NCBI GenBank assembly: GCA_012840085.1
Contig: DUMB01000094.1
Location: forward strand, 84,960 to 148,959
DNA length: 64,000 bases
From: Clostridiaceae bacterium
GTDB taxonomy: Bacteria; Bacillota; Clostridia; Acetivibrionales; DUMB01
Direction of reading: 5' to 3'
Each line of letters starts with the position of its first letter. The stretch's first letter is position 1. Below the pieces are notes generated by a model. That model ran no database searches, was not told where the DNA came from, and saw nothing but the letters and a program-made list of their open reading frames with translations. The translations under genes and the position numbers were made by a program. This document shows positions 18,512 to 29,158 of the stretch, piece by piece.

Positions 18512-19363
18512 TTAATATGTAGAAAGTGCCCTGCTTAACATCATAGCGCAGTCTGCCCTGCTTATAGGCTCCATTTCATTGAAATCTTTATAAATACTGT
18601 CGTTGGTAGTTAAAATGCCTGCATCAAACATCCGTTTAACATACTCAGTATACCATTTTCCAGTTTTTATTTTCAAATATTTCCCATTTCCTGTGGTTTT
18701 AAAAGAAAAAGATTTATAAAGTATTGAGCATACCTCCGCTACCTTTATTGGATCATTGGGTCCGAAATTACCGTCACCATAACCTGCCACTATGCCGTGC
18801 TGTGCCGCTATAATAATGTCATTTTTAGCCCATGATTTTTCAATATCCAGGAATTTTATTGATTCAGATCCGGTATTTTTTAAATTAAGCGCCCTGACGA
18901 TCATTGAAGCAAACTCCGCTCTGGTGATGGTACTGTCAGGGTCAAATATACCGCCCGGCTTTCCATTTACTATTCCTGCGTCATGCAGGTGCCGTATATA
19001 TTCCTCCTGTTCTATACCCTTGATATCTGAAAAAGGACTCCATTCCGGATCATCAGCATTCAGGAGAATAACCCTCAGAGGCGGAATCGCCCCTGTAAGG
19101 TCAAAATCCAGATATGCTTTGCCGGAACTGCCTTTTTTCAGGCTATATCCTATATATAATGTTTTTCCATTGCTCAGGTTAAAAAACTTAACGGCAATAC
19201 CCTGCTCTCCCTCTCCTGTCCATTCAAGGTTAATTCTTACTTTTCCGTTATTCAAAGGTTCCATATCGTATACAGGACCGTGAGCATAGACTGCACCCGG
19301 GCAGAAGCTCGAGATAACAGCAATAATCAATACACATATAATTGTTTTTTTCAAATTAGCCAT
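18512..19363 (-). CDS. Secreted SLH-domain protein (about 100-aa N-terminal domain plus 3 SLH repeats)
   Basis: Signal peptide MANLKKTIICVLIIAVISSFCPGAVYA. SLH-like repeats (FSDIKG...TRAEFASMIVRAL; FLDIEKSWAKNDIIIAAQHGIVAGYGDGNFGPNDP). Confidence 0.75.
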   Translation of the reverse strand: MANLKKTIICVLIIAVISSFCPGAVYAHGPVYDMEPLNNGKVRINLEWTGEGEQGIAVKFFNLSNGKTLYIGYSLKKGSSGKAYLDFDLTGAIPPLRVILLNADDPEWSPFSDIKGIEQEEYIRHLHDAGIVNGKPGGIFDPDSTITRAEFASMIVRALNLKNTGSESIKFLDIEKSWAKNDIIIAAQHGIVAGYGDGNFGPNDPIKVAEVCSILYKSFSFKTTGNGKYLKIKTGKWYTEYVKRMFDAGILTTNDSIYKDFNEMEPISRADCAMMLSRALSTY

Positions 19364-19381
19364 ACCATCACCAGCAATTAA

Positions 19382-22300
19382 TCATATTTCTCCCAAATAA
19401 ACCAGCAGCTTTTCAAGCAATACCATTGCCTCAGCCCTCGAAACGGGATCTTTCGGTCCAAAGGTACTCCTATACCTGCTTGTTATAATTCCCTTCTCCG
19501 CTGCAAACCTTATTCTCGGCTTTAGTGAAGCGGTGACTTCACCCATATCGTCAAAGGTATCCGCACTGGAAGACGCTTTTGCAGCGCTTCCGGTCTTAAT
19601 CTCATAAACCCTTACCACCATGGCTACAAGCTGTTCTCTGCTGCATTCATCTCCAGACTTTGCAGACTTGTTGGAAACTATCAAGCCTGATTTTACAGCA
19701 AGCGACATATAGTCATTTCCATAGTCATATCCAAGGATATCAAACATGAATTTAACGGCATCGCCTACGGTAATAAAGCTGTCCGGGTCAAATTTTCTGC
19801 CGGGCACACTTTTCAGAGAGTACGCTCTTGCCACATTATTGATGGAATTCCTTGCCCAGTGGTTTTTGATGTCATCATAATAATCTCCCTTATACTCTGC
19901 GATTACAAAATCACCTGTATTAGTTATTTCAAATACCGCATATCCCTGATCGGTGTCGGCATCGTACAGGCTGTCTGTTTTAATCATCTTCCAGCTTCCT
20001 GTTTTTCCGCTATAAAGGTATGCCGAGGTAAGCCCGTAATTGTACCAGCTTCTTCCTGTATAGGCATACAGCACCTTAAGGGGCTTGTCCAGAGTGTCAA
20101 CGGCAACCTTATTGCCGCCGTTTGAAGCATTTATTTGTAATCCGGTAACAATTGTTTTTGATTTAATATTTTCTTCAACTTTTCTGCTGCTTTCAAGCTC
20201 AATGGTTATTTCAAAATTAAAGTCTCCCGATGCTTTTATTTCCTTCTTTACCCGCTCTGTGTCAATAGTGCCCGGCCTTATTATAAACTGCCTGTCAGGT
20301 ATTGAAATATTCAGGTTCTCAGCCAGTTTTGTCATTGCATAGAACACTTTAGCGGATATGGTCAACTTAATTCTTTTAGCCTTCTCCGGTGGATTTGTAA
20401 GGTTGATTCTGTAATCAACCACATTGTCATTGCGTATATGTTCTATAAATCTGTCTGCATTTACACCTGTAATGCTAATGTACCATGTGCCGTCTGTGAC
20501 ATACGGATTCTTCACAATAAAGTCTCCGGAGATTACATCTTCTACATCCTCATCGGAATCATAATCATCTGTACTTCTCCTTGTCCTCACCGAAACAGTG
20601 TCTGTCGGTTCAGATCTGAGCCCCTTAACCGGGTCATATGCATAAAGCCTTGCATAATACCGCACGTTTGATGTCAGTTTATCAACCATATATTCTGATA
20701 CCTTGCCGGTATTAATCTCTGTTGAATTATTATAACCAGGGTTATTGGCAATTTCCAATATATACTCCAGGCCATCCTCCTGTATCCATTCGTATGTTAT
20801 GCTGTTTTTTGTCACTGCATCGGGTGCAGTTTTTATTCCAAATCCCTGAGGCTTCTTCGGAGGAAGATCAGGGAGCGTCCTTGCCGAACATGGATCACTG
20901 TAATCTGATGATTTTACTTCACCTTCCGGACTTACGTATTCTGCTCTTATCCAGAAATAGTATGTGGTGTTCTTTTCCAAGCCCTCAACCCTGTAATAGT
21001 TTTTTCCCTGCAAATCAACTGCAATATCCTCTGAAGCCCGTCCTATGTCTTCAACCGTTCCATATTTAATGTAGTATTTGTAGTTGCTGTTATAGTCCCA
21101 CACAAGGTCAACAAAGGTATCTCCAACATTGTTAACACTCAGAGCGGGCACTGTAGGTGTCTCAATGGGATGAACTTCTACTGCATTGGTTGTAACTATT
21201 ATAGGATCTGAAGGTTCCGATTCCGGAGGATTTGCATCCTCTCTCACCGCTTTTACCCACATGACATATGTGGTATTCGGCTCAAGACCCTCAATCTTGA
21301 TATCTACATTCCTTTTTTCCATTTTGTCCGGATAGTTTAGTATCGGGTCTTCATACTCGTCATTTGTGACAATTGGAAAACCTCTGACTATTACCGGGTT
21401 ATACACCGAACTGTCATACAACTTGCTGTAATCCATATCTTCTTGATACTTTACATAATATACATCTATAGATATTCCTTCATCATACTCCATCCTGCGA
21501 TATTCATTTCTGTGTTCTTCCAGTTCTTCATCTGTAGCAATGGGATATGCAGGGTCAGGATCAGTCCTGCTGTCCTTTCTGGTGTTCAGATAGTCCCATT
21601 TGTTGGTTTCAGGGTTATATTTCTCATACCACCGCTTTTCTATCTGAATAACTGCAGTAGTGTCAGTGACCACATAATTCCCTTCCGGAGTCCTTTTAAG
21701 CTTCAAAGGCGGCTTGGGAGGAGTCACAGGCCTGTCTATGCTTCCTTTCGGAGGGGTTACAATTACTTCCAATGCCGGCTCCGACCGATATTGAACATAT
21801 GCAGGCTCATTATTCACGTATTCCAAAAAACTTTTTACTGCAACAATTTTAATGTAATATGTAGAGTTGTGTTCAATCCCTTCAATCTCCAATTTACATC
21901 CTATTACCTTTGATCCGCTTCTTACAGTGCTGAAATTAAAGGTTACCCCGTCTTTATACACAGTGCCGGACCCATCCTTGAAATTCCATGATACCGGTTG
22001 TCCCAAACTTGTTTCATTGTCCAGAATATCAGGATCATCCACCAGCCATACATTGTAAGATACATCATAATCCACTTCACCTGTGATTTTTGTTGGCGCT
22101 TTCCACAGTATTACCGCACTTTCAGGCTTAATTTCACTTTTCTCTCCGGCCAGCTCTGCAACAAGCTCGGGCATGGGCGGAAATGCTCCTACTTCATGGT
22201 CTTTTACCATTATTTTATCCGATGTTATCTCAACACCTGGATAGAAAGGCTGCCCGTTGTCCTTTCTTGTAACAACTGCTCTTACTATGAAATATATATA

Positions 22301-23335
22301 AGCTTCCTCTCCCGGTTCAAACACAACAAACATGCTTGTATTGCTTACAGTCTGGATTCTCGATGGAAGCTCGTTAATACGCGTGTCTCCTTTATATATT
22401 TCATACTTGACATTAACTCTGTCGTCAAGACCTGCATATACAGGAGACCAGGTCAGTCTCCATATGGAACCGTCAGCAGAAGATGAGACTTTGTCCGTCC
22501 TGACAAGAATATAACTGCTTACAGCAACAGTCCCAGTCTCTTTCGGATAGTCCTGCAATTCATTGTCACTTATAATAGGCTCTATTTTTACATAATAAAC
22601 CCTTCCAGCTTCCCTCACAGTATGCTTGTATACAAGCTTTCCTTCAGCCTCATTAACCTGAACAGGCTTTCCGGGGCCTATATTGGCAGGATCTATATAT
22701 ATCGGGGCAGTATTATTAAAACTTTCACTGTCCGAGACATAAAGCCTGTATCCTATGCGCCCGTTGCTGTTCCAAACATCGTCCCATTCTATCGTTAGCT
22801 CATTCATACCTGAAGAATATGCTTCTATTTCAATACCAGTCATCACTTTTACCCTGTTGGATGCGCTGGATTCCATACTGTTTCTTGTTTCTTGGTTCAT
22901 ATAATATCTGTAATAGGCCGTTATATCCAAATAATATACAGTACCTGATTTCAGCCCTTTAACCCTGTGTCTTGTCGGCGAAAGAGGGTTTTGTCTCTCT
23001 ACCAGTATTCCCCCTTCTGCAAGCTGGCGTCCACCTGGTGACGACTTGTACTGCTTTGGTACTTCCTGTTTGTAAATATTTAAATAGGTATTAATTGAAC
23101 CCTGGACAATAAAGCCTGCCGGATAATCCCACGCAAGGTCAACATAATGTCCATCATACTGGTTATAGCCTATACCTTTGTCAGTCCCATAATCCACGCG
23201 CAGTTTTTCAGGAGGCCTTTGAGTTTCATATTCCGCGGCAAAGGCAGCATCCGGTGAAAAATTCCAGGTAAATATATATGCTGATGTAAATAATATTACA
23301 AGTACCAAACTCAGTATTTTCTTAATTAACCTCAT
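19382..23335 (-). CDS. Large secreted surface protein, multiple FN3-like modules plus C-terminal SLH repeats (about 1317 aa)
   Basis: Signal/TM at the N-terminus, recurrent FN3 signatures (W....Y.Y.V.A), C-terminal SLH (DDIKNHWARNSINNVARAYSL...). Preferred start ATG 23335 (RBS GGGGG), 14 nt after the upstream stop. Confidence 0.75.
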   Translation of the reverse strand: MRLIKKILSLVLVILFTSAYIFTWNFSPDAAFAAEYETQRPPEKLRVDYGTDKGIGYNQYDGHYVDLAWDYPAGFIVQGSINTYLNIYKQEVPKQYKSSPGGRQLAEGGILVERQNPLSPTRHRVKGLKSGTVYYLDITAYYRYYMNQETRNSMESSASNRVKVMTGIEIEAYSSGMNELTIEWDDVWNSNGRIGYRLYVSDSESFNNTAPIYIDPANIGPGKPVQVNEAEGKLVYKHTVREAGRVYYVKIEPIISDNELQDYPKETGTVAVSSYILVRTDKVSSSADGSIWRLTWSPVYAGLDDRVNVKYEIYKGDTRINELPSRIQTVSNTSMFVVFEPGEEAYIYFIVRAVVTRKDNGQPFYPGVEITSDKIMVKDHEVGAFPPMPELVAELAGEKSEIKPESAVILWKAPTKITGEVDYDVSYNVWLVDDPDILDNETSLGQPVSWNFKDGSGTVYKDGVTFNFSTVRSGSKVIGCKLEIEGIEHNSTYYIKIVAVKSFLEYVNNEPAYVQYRSEPALEVIVTPPKGSIDRPVTPPKPPLKLKRTPEGNYVVTDTTAVIQIEKRWYEKYNPETNKWDYLNTRKDSRTDPDPAYPIATDEELEEHRNEYRRMEYDEGISIDVYYVKYQEDMDYSKLYDSSVYNPVIVRGFPIVTNDEYEDPILNYPDKMEKRNVDIKIEGLEPNTTYVMWVKAVREDANPPESEPSDPIIVTTNAVEVHPIETPTVPALSVNNVGDTFVDLVWDYNSNYKYYIKYGTVEDIGRASEDIAVDLQGKNYYRVEGLEKNTTYYFWIRAEYVSPEGEVKSSDYSDPCSARTLPDLPPKKPQGFGIKTAPDAVTKNSITYEWIQEDGLEYILEIANNPGYNNSTEINTGKVSEYMVDKLTSNVRYYARLYAYDPVKGLRSEPTDTVSVRTRRSTDDYDSDEDVEDVISGDFIVKNPYVTDGTWYISITGVNADRFIEHIRNDNVVDYRINLTNPPEKAKRIKLTISAKVFYAMTKLAENLNISIPDRQFIIRPGTIDTERVKKEIKASGDFNFEITIELESSRKVEENIKSKTIVTGLQINASNGGNKVAVDTLDKPLKVLYAYTGRSWYNYGLTSAYLYSGKTGSWKMIKTDSLYDADTDQGYAVFEITNTGDFVIAEYKGDYYDDIKNHWARNSINNVARAYSLKSVPGRKFDPDSFITVGDAVKFMFDILGYDYGNDYMSLAVKSGLIVSNKSAKSGDECSREQLVAMVVRVYEIKTGSAAKASSSADTFDDMGEVTASLKPRIRFAAEKGIITSRYRSTFGPKDPVSRAEAMVLLEKLLVYLGEI

Positions 23336-23351
23336 TTGCCAAACCCCCAAA

Positions 23352-26300
23352 TTACAAATCTCCTGTATTCTCCAGAAGCTTTACAAATATAGATATTACC
23401 TGTGCACGGTTCAATGAGCCTCCAGGGTGGAATTTTCTGTTTTCATCAAGCTCCATGAAGCCTTTATCCACCACAATCATAACGGATTTTAAAAATCTGT
23501 CGTCTATTGCGTCTTCGTCGGCAATATGCAAAGTGCGGTTGAGCTTCAGGTTCTGAACGTTAATTCCCGCTTTTGCCGAATATACTTTTACAAGTACTGC
23601 TGCCGCTTCCTGTTTTGTAACATTGCCTGCAACATTACGTGTATTGAATATACTGTCCAGTCCGGTTGTTTCCAGCTTTTGTCTTATATCACCGGTGCTG
23701 CTTCCTTTATTGGTTACAACCTCATAAAGAAGAACCATTTCTTTGCGTGTAACAATATCTTCAGGTGCAAAGGCCGATTCAATACCCGTGAAAACTGTAC
23801 TGAGATCATATTTTGAAGTAAACTTCTCAATGTCCTTTTTTGCCCAGTGGCTGTCAGGTATGTCTCCCACCGCACTTCCTGCGATAAGCACAACATATTG
23901 GCCTGCACCTGTCACATTAAACAAAAGTGTGCCTGAATTGCCGGCTGAATCGGCAGTAACTTTCTGCCATGTATTTTTGCCCTTATATAATACATAAGGA
24001 AGTTTCAGCCCTCTGCTGCCCGTATAATGCAACCTGACCATCAACGGGGTGTCAAATACCTGTATATCCGAGCTCATTCCCGTCAATTTCATAGTCTCGA
24101 TATTCGTATGAATAAAGTTCGAAAGTTCCAATTCTACAAGCTTTACCAATTCAGTGACATATTGGTTGAGAGCTTGCTTTTTATTTTGGCTGTCTCCCGC
24201 ATATGTATTGATCAGGATATTGAGTTTCTCAGACAGCAGCCCGTCTTCTTCGTCGTACAGTTTATCATGTATTTTCTGTTCAAGGGCCTCCGTTGTCTGA
24301 TTGATTCCCTGAGCCTCCACAGCAAAATCTATAACAGAAGATGCCAACTTTGTCCCGGCCGGGAATGATTTTCTACCTTTGTCATCCCGTTTTACCGTCA
24401 GCTTTAACAGAATATCTTTTACTCCGGCCCTGCCGCTTAAAAGTTTGATTTTTTCATTATCATCAACATCAAAAGTGTCCGGTCTTATTGTAAACTCGAA
24501 TTCCTTTGTCTTTATCACAAGACTCTTCCTGTCCTTATTTAAAGTTTTAATTATATTAATCGGGACATAAATCACATCTGTTTCAATATTTTGCACAATT
24601 TCTGAAACGTCCACCGTAAATGTGTTTGCTCTTGTGCTGTTTAATGCATTTATTATCTTTTGATCCCTCAATAAAATAGTGTTGGCTGAGCTGTTGGATA
24701 TATTCACCCTCCAGTAATATCTGTTCTCCAATTCCTTTACTTTGTCCAGGAACTTGTTCCTTCTGTCTTCTTCATCCTTACCTTTGTCATAATCATCCTG
24801 ATTAAATTCCGTCCTGCTTTGCACAGGCCCTATATATTTGGAATATGCCACTAATGTGCTGTCCACTGCATCAATTCTGACAGTCCTTACCTTTATGTGA
24901 TACTTCTTGTTGGATTCCAGAGGCCTGCGTTCCTTGGATCCATCGGGTAAGGTAACCAGCATGGATTTTATTTTTGCATAATAGTAGACATCATCATTGT
25001 CATAAGTCTGGATTGTTTCCTCAATATAATAGGGGTATTTATTTCCTTCCACGTCGGTATACATTTCCAGGTCATCCGGGGTAAGAGTGACATAGTCTAC
25101 TTCATCCGCTGCCTTTATAGCAATTTCGTATGTATAGCCTTTGCGGCCTCTCCATTTTACTTGCAGTTCGCTGTATCCGTCCCTCGTATATACACCTGTC
25201 CTGCTATATACAAGCTTGGATTGTTCCCCTCTTTTATAAACTCTGATGCTGTATTGCGTATTTAATTCAAGATTATATATTCTGCCATAGTATACATAAT
25301 TTTTAGTTCCGTTGTTTACTATGGTATTACTGTCCCTTACAATAGTGCACTGTGACCTGCCTACCAGTTTATAATCCTTGTCCTTAGGCCCTTTTATATA
25401 AATATCAAAGTCTTCAGGCCTTGCATTTATGGATGAATCCATCCAGTAAAATCCTATTTCACCCCTGTGTATAGCCTCGAGACCGGAGGGAGCTTCCACC
25501 AGTTTTGTCGTCACCGGTATGCATATCCACGGGCTCACGTTTTCATTTTTCTTGTTTACAGCAATCAGGCTGAAGTAGTAAAGCCTGTTTGGGAACAGCC
25601 ATTCATCAATTTTATATCTGCATGTGTTGGTGGAACTGTCATATTCAAAATTCTTAGGGTACTGATTTTCATTCAGACCCGGATCCAGCTCTATGCCTAT
25701 CTTCTTACCGGTTATATTGAAATATTTTTTGAAATCCTGGTATACAGGATCATTAGTATACATGGAAGAATCAGCGTTCATCGGCAATCTTTCTGATGTC
25801 GCTATAAGAATATATTTTACATCCTTTTCCTTCCTCTCCCACTCAAATACCACACTGCTGCCTGTCAACAGCTGGTTTCCGTTTTTATCCACTGCTATAT
25901 GGAAATCTACAGGAGCCAAAGGCATTTTTTCATCAGGTCCCGGCTCTGTAATTTCTCCTCTCACTGTCGTAACCGGCAGTATTTGGGAAAACTCTGATTC
26001 CTTTACATCATAATCATCCGGATACACAAGACTTGACGGATCATTGGGATCTGCAGCCTTCCTGGCCATAACAAGCCTTGTCTTGAGTTTGAAATAATAT
26101 GTGGTATTCGGTGTAAGTTTTCTGCCGAAAGATGTAACTGCAGGATCTTTTTCAAAATCCTTTATTGTAGCTTCAACGTACCTGTACTGGCCCTCGGTTA
26201 TTACTTCAAATTTAACATTGTTTTTTGAAACAAACTCATCATTTGCACTGTCAGTTGAACCTATCAGTACATAGCCCTTATCCGGGCTTGTGCTCATGTA

Positions 26301-28376
26301 CAGGTCATAGTATATTTTATTGTTGTATCTTTTGGTAGTATAGTCACTCCATTTGAGGCCTGTAATTTCATCAAACTGCAGCTTTATAATATTGCTTGTT
26401 ATCTTGCGGGTAACCCCGTCTACCACCTCTTCTTCTATTACATATGTATTGCCGTCATACCGTGCAAGTCCAAAATTATTCGGTAAAGGAACCTTCTTCT
26501 GTGTACCCGGCAAAGTTGTGAAGCTGACAGTAACCGACCTGTCTGAACTATTATTAAATACATCACTGTCTGTTTCAGGATTGCCTTTCACCGTAAACAC
26601 CTGCAAATAATACACCTTGTTGGACAACAGAAAAGCGGGATAATTAGATTCTATTCCCAATCTTGAACGAAGATCTGCAGAAAAATCATGCTTTACCCCA
26701 TTGCTGTCCGTCCAAGAAAATAAATCAAATCCTTTCAGTGTATATTCAAGACGGTTTCCATTCTCTCTTATTTTATCCTCTATGTTGTCAGGCAAATTTG
26801 CCGTCTTTGCACTTACATACTTAACCAGCCTGTATTTGGCGGGAAAATAATCTTCATATTTTATATTGTTGGTATTGTCAATCAATGGAGGATATGGCCG
26901 TTCCAATATATCAGACTGGCTGATGTTAAGAACAAAGCAGTAGTATAATTCATCGTCTGAAGCACTACTATTCTTAATCTCATCCCAGTTTAACGGCCTG
27001 TCCCATGAAATGGTTACATCAGTTGAAATTCCTTCTCTTTTACCTTTCTCGTCAGATATGGTGCCTGTTACCAGATTTCTGTCTATTATGTTGACATCTT
27101 TAGGTATGGGAGGCTTTGTCTTGTCAAGAGCCATAACATACGGTAGTGTCTGGGACTTAATAACATCATCGCTTGTTGATGAGGTTATGACCCTGTAATA
27201 AACTTTGTTCTGAGTGCTGGCCCCTATAATGGGAATTATGCCGAACTCCTGATTCCTTCCGTAGGAATCCTTGAAATAGTCAGGGTCTATTTTTGCCTTG
27301 GTGGTCCAACCGTATGTAGAGTCCACCGTATTGGATTGCACCTCGTAATACAAGTCAGGCAGCGTCAAGCTTCCCTGATTTAACGTATATACTTTTACAT
27401 ATATATTCCCCGCGTCATCTTTTGAAAGCTGGAATCTTATAGGAGTATATGTATAGAGTTTTCCTTTCAGAGAGCTTGTCCCGTCAGCCCCCATTACAAC
27501 AGCATCCTGATATCCGTCAATAACCATCTGGATATTCATAAAATATACTGTTCCAGGAAGAATATCAGGGTGCGGAAGTCCATACTGCTCTGCATCCGGG
27601 AGATCTGTATATCTGTCTTTTCTTCCTATCAGGTCAAAATCCATGCGGCCGGTAGAACTTTCAAATCTTACATTGGCAGATAAGGTACTGCCTGATACGG
27701 CAGCTTTATATCCGTTTGATCCTTCATTGATAAGGACGGCAGCATTGCCGCTCATTTCTCCCTTATCCTGTGATATGTTTATTTTATAATTCAGACCGTT
27801 AATATTCCGTGAAGTACCATATACGGCATTAATACGCGACTCTATATAATCAAGCGCTTCATTGGCGTATACCAACTGAGAACCGTTAAAAATCTGAGGA
27901 ACAGTCCACTTAACATTAAGTCTTGGTTTCGTTCCTATTTCGCGGCCACCTTTTGAATCGTACGGCGGCACAGAAGTAGCTCCGTCATCAGTGTCAATAA
28001 CTGTCTCCGGTACAAACGAAGATTCAAAAGTAATGCCTGGAAGGAAATAAAGAAGACCTTTGGCAATGACTGCTCCACCGTTGTCCCTTCCTTCCAGATT
28101 TATTTCATATATAAAATTGTCCTGAAGTCCTTTTAATTCATATGAAGTTGTGCCAGATCCCAGAAGAACTTCTACATCCTGGCCGTTTGGCTGCTTGTAA
28201 CTGATCCTTATCTCATTGGCCAGGTTAATATTTGCCCAGCTTATTGTAAGATTTCCTCCAAGATAGCTCACCACAGATACTTCCACCGGAGAAGCAGCAA
28301 AAACACCTGCAGGCAAAAAACCAAACAAAATTACAAATACAAGCAGTATAGATATAATACCTTTTGAACCCCTCAT
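23352..28376 (-). CDS. Giant secreted surface protein (1674 aa), FN3-like modules, central unassigned region, C-terminal SLH repeats
   Basis: Signal peptide MRGSKGIISILLVFVILFGFLPAGVFA, repeated FN3-like modules, C-terminal SLH (IPDSHWAKKDIEKFTSKYDL...TRKEMVLL). Confidence 0.75.
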   Translation of the reverse strand: MRGSKGIISILLVFVILFGFLPAGVFAASPVEVSVVSYLGGNLTISWANINLANEIRISYKQPNGQDVEVLLGSGTTSYELKGLQDNFIYEINLEGRDNGGAVIAKGLLYFLPGITFESSFVPETVIDTDDGATSVPPYDSKGGREIGTKPRLNVKWTVPQIFNGSQLVYANEALDYIESRINAVYGTSRNINGLNYKINISQDKGEMSGNAAVLINEGSNGYKAAVSGSTLSANVRFESSTGRMDFDLIGRKDRYTDLPDAEQYGLPHPDILPGTVYFMNIQMVIDGYQDAVVMGADGTSSLKGKLYTYTPIRFQLSKDDAGNIYVKVYTLNQGSLTLPDLYYEVQSNTVDSTYGWTTKAKIDPDYFKDSYGRNQEFGIIPIIGASTQNKVYYRVITSSTSDDVIKSQTLPYVMALDKTKPPIPKDVNIIDRNLVTGTISDEKGKREGISTDVTISWDRPLNWDEIKNSSASDDELYYCFVLNISQSDILERPYPPLIDNTNNIKYEDYFPAKYRLVKYVSAKTANLPDNIEDKIRENGNRLEYTLKGFDLFSWTDSNGVKHDFSADLRSRLGIESNYPAFLLSNKVYYLQVFTVKGNPETDSDVFNNSSDRSVTVSFTTLPGTQKKVPLPNNFGLARYDGNTYVIEEEVVDGVTRKITSNIIKLQFDEITGLKWSDYTTKRYNNKIYYDLYMSTSPDKGYVLIGSTDSANDEFVSKNNVKFEVITEGQYRYVEATIKDFEKDPAVTSFGRKLTPNTTYYFKLKTRLVMARKAADPNDPSSLVYPDDYDVKESEFSQILPVTTVRGEITEPGPDEKMPLAPVDFHIAVDKNGNQLLTGSSVVFEWERKEKDVKYILIATSERLPMNADSSMYTNDPVYQDFKKYFNITGKKIGIELDPGLNENQYPKNFEYDSSTNTCRYKIDEWLFPNRLYYFSLIAVNKKNENVSPWICIPVTTKLVEAPSGLEAIHRGEIGFYWMDSSINARPEDFDIYIKGPKDKDYKLVGRSQCTIVRDSNTIVNNGTKNYVYYGRIYNLELNTQYSIRVYKRGEQSKLVYSRTGVYTRDGYSELQVKWRGRKGYTYEIAIKAADEVDYVTLTPDDLEMYTDVEGNKYPYYIEETIQTYDNDDVYYYAKIKSMLVTLPDGSKERRPLESNKKYHIKVRTVRIDAVDSTLVAYSKYIGPVQSRTEFNQDDYDKGKDEEDRRNKFLDKVKELENRYYWRVNISNSSANTILLRDQKIINALNSTRANTFTVDVSEIVQNIETDVIYVPINIIKTLNKDRKSLVIKTKEFEFTIRPDTFDVDDNEKIKLLSGRAGVKDILLKLTVKRDDKGRKSFPAGTKLASSVIDFAVEAQGINQTTEALEQKIHDKLYDEEDGLLSEKLNILINTYAGDSQNKKQALNQYVTELVKLVELELSNFIHTNIETMKLTGMSSDIQVFDTPLMVRLHYTGSRGLKLPYVLYKGKNTWQKVTADSAGNSGTLLFNVTGAGQYVVLIAGSAVGDIPDSHWAKKDIEKFTSKYDLSTVFTGIESAFAPEDIVTRKEMVLLYEVVTNKGSSTGDIRQKLETTGLDSIFNTRNVAGNVTKQEAAAVLVKVYSAKAGINVQNLKLNRTLHIADEDAIDDRFLKSVMIVVDKGFMELDENRKFHPGGSLNRAQVISIFVKLLENTGDL

Positions 28377-28484
28377 TACAGTACCCCCACATTTTCCTAA
28401 ATTACAAATTAATTATGTTCATATACATATTTAAATAAAAAGTTTATATTGGTTTATCTTTTATATATGTTGTTTAGTATATTT

Positions 28485-28680
28485 ATACGTCTATTTTATA
28501 TATCTGTTTATATATCCATTCATATATCTTTTTTATATCTGTTTTTATGCCTATTTGTACATCTGTTTGCATATCTGATTGTATAACTTTTTTTGTATAT
28601 CCACCTGTGTATCTGTTTGCGTAACTATTTCAAATATATTTGTTCTGCAACTAATACATCTATTTATATCTGTAAAGATA
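28485..28680. repeat. AT-rich degenerate minisatellite of about 12 bp (about 15 units, TATMTSTTTKYA-like; core ATCTGTTT)
   Basis: ATCTGTTT at 28502, 28537, 28561 and 28611, plus variants atctgatt, cctatttg, atccattc in a roughly 12-nt register. Lies upstream of the 1674-aa gene. Confidence 0.6.
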
Positions 28681-28906
28681 TATTACTTAAAATATATCTA
28701 TTAACAACTAATTGCCATACACATAGATACATTATTAATTTATATCGTCAAAAACCTGCATGTAGTTAACGCTGTATTTGGCAAGCCTGCCCGCTCTAAA
28801 TTCGGAATTTTCGCTGTTTTCGCTGTTGAATCGCTGTATAATAAAAGTTGTATTATAAACATTGTACAATAAAATTGTATGAGAAGCTATTTGCTTAACA
28901 AGTAAA

Positions 28907-29158
28907 TCAGGAGTTGTTCCTGTTATTTACAATAATCTGGTTTCTTCCGTTTTTAAAAGACTTTCTTACATCATATCCTCTCATAATAAGTGTATCATAT
29001 ATCTTATCCGTCTGGTTGAAATAATTGTTGCCCACATCAAGAATGAGAGTCTCATTAGCGCCCAGATGTTTCGATATTTCTTCAAGAGTTGAATCGATAT
29101 TCAGGCTTTCAGCATTTAAAACTTTTTCCTTTTTCTCATATTTATTATTATTGTACAA
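28907..29158 (-). CDS. Small hypothetical protein (83 aa)
   Basis: Strong RBS GGAGG 8 nt upstream of TTG 29158 (MYNNNKYEKKEKVLNAESL...). I recognised no family. Confidence 0.45.
   Translation of the reverse strand: MYNNNKYEKKEKVLNAESLNIDSTLEEISKHLGANETLILDVGNNYFNQTDKIYDTLIMRGYDVRKSFKNGRNQIIVNNRNNS

Noticed and set aside
28377-28906. c-di-GMP riboswitch upstream of the large surface-protein operon (common in clostridia).
   Set aside because: I searched the relevant strand for the GEMM-type ACGCAAAGC core and GGCAAA context. The only matches to the core in the window are inside coding regions (near 5065 and 58570). A covariance-model scan would be needed to be definitive.
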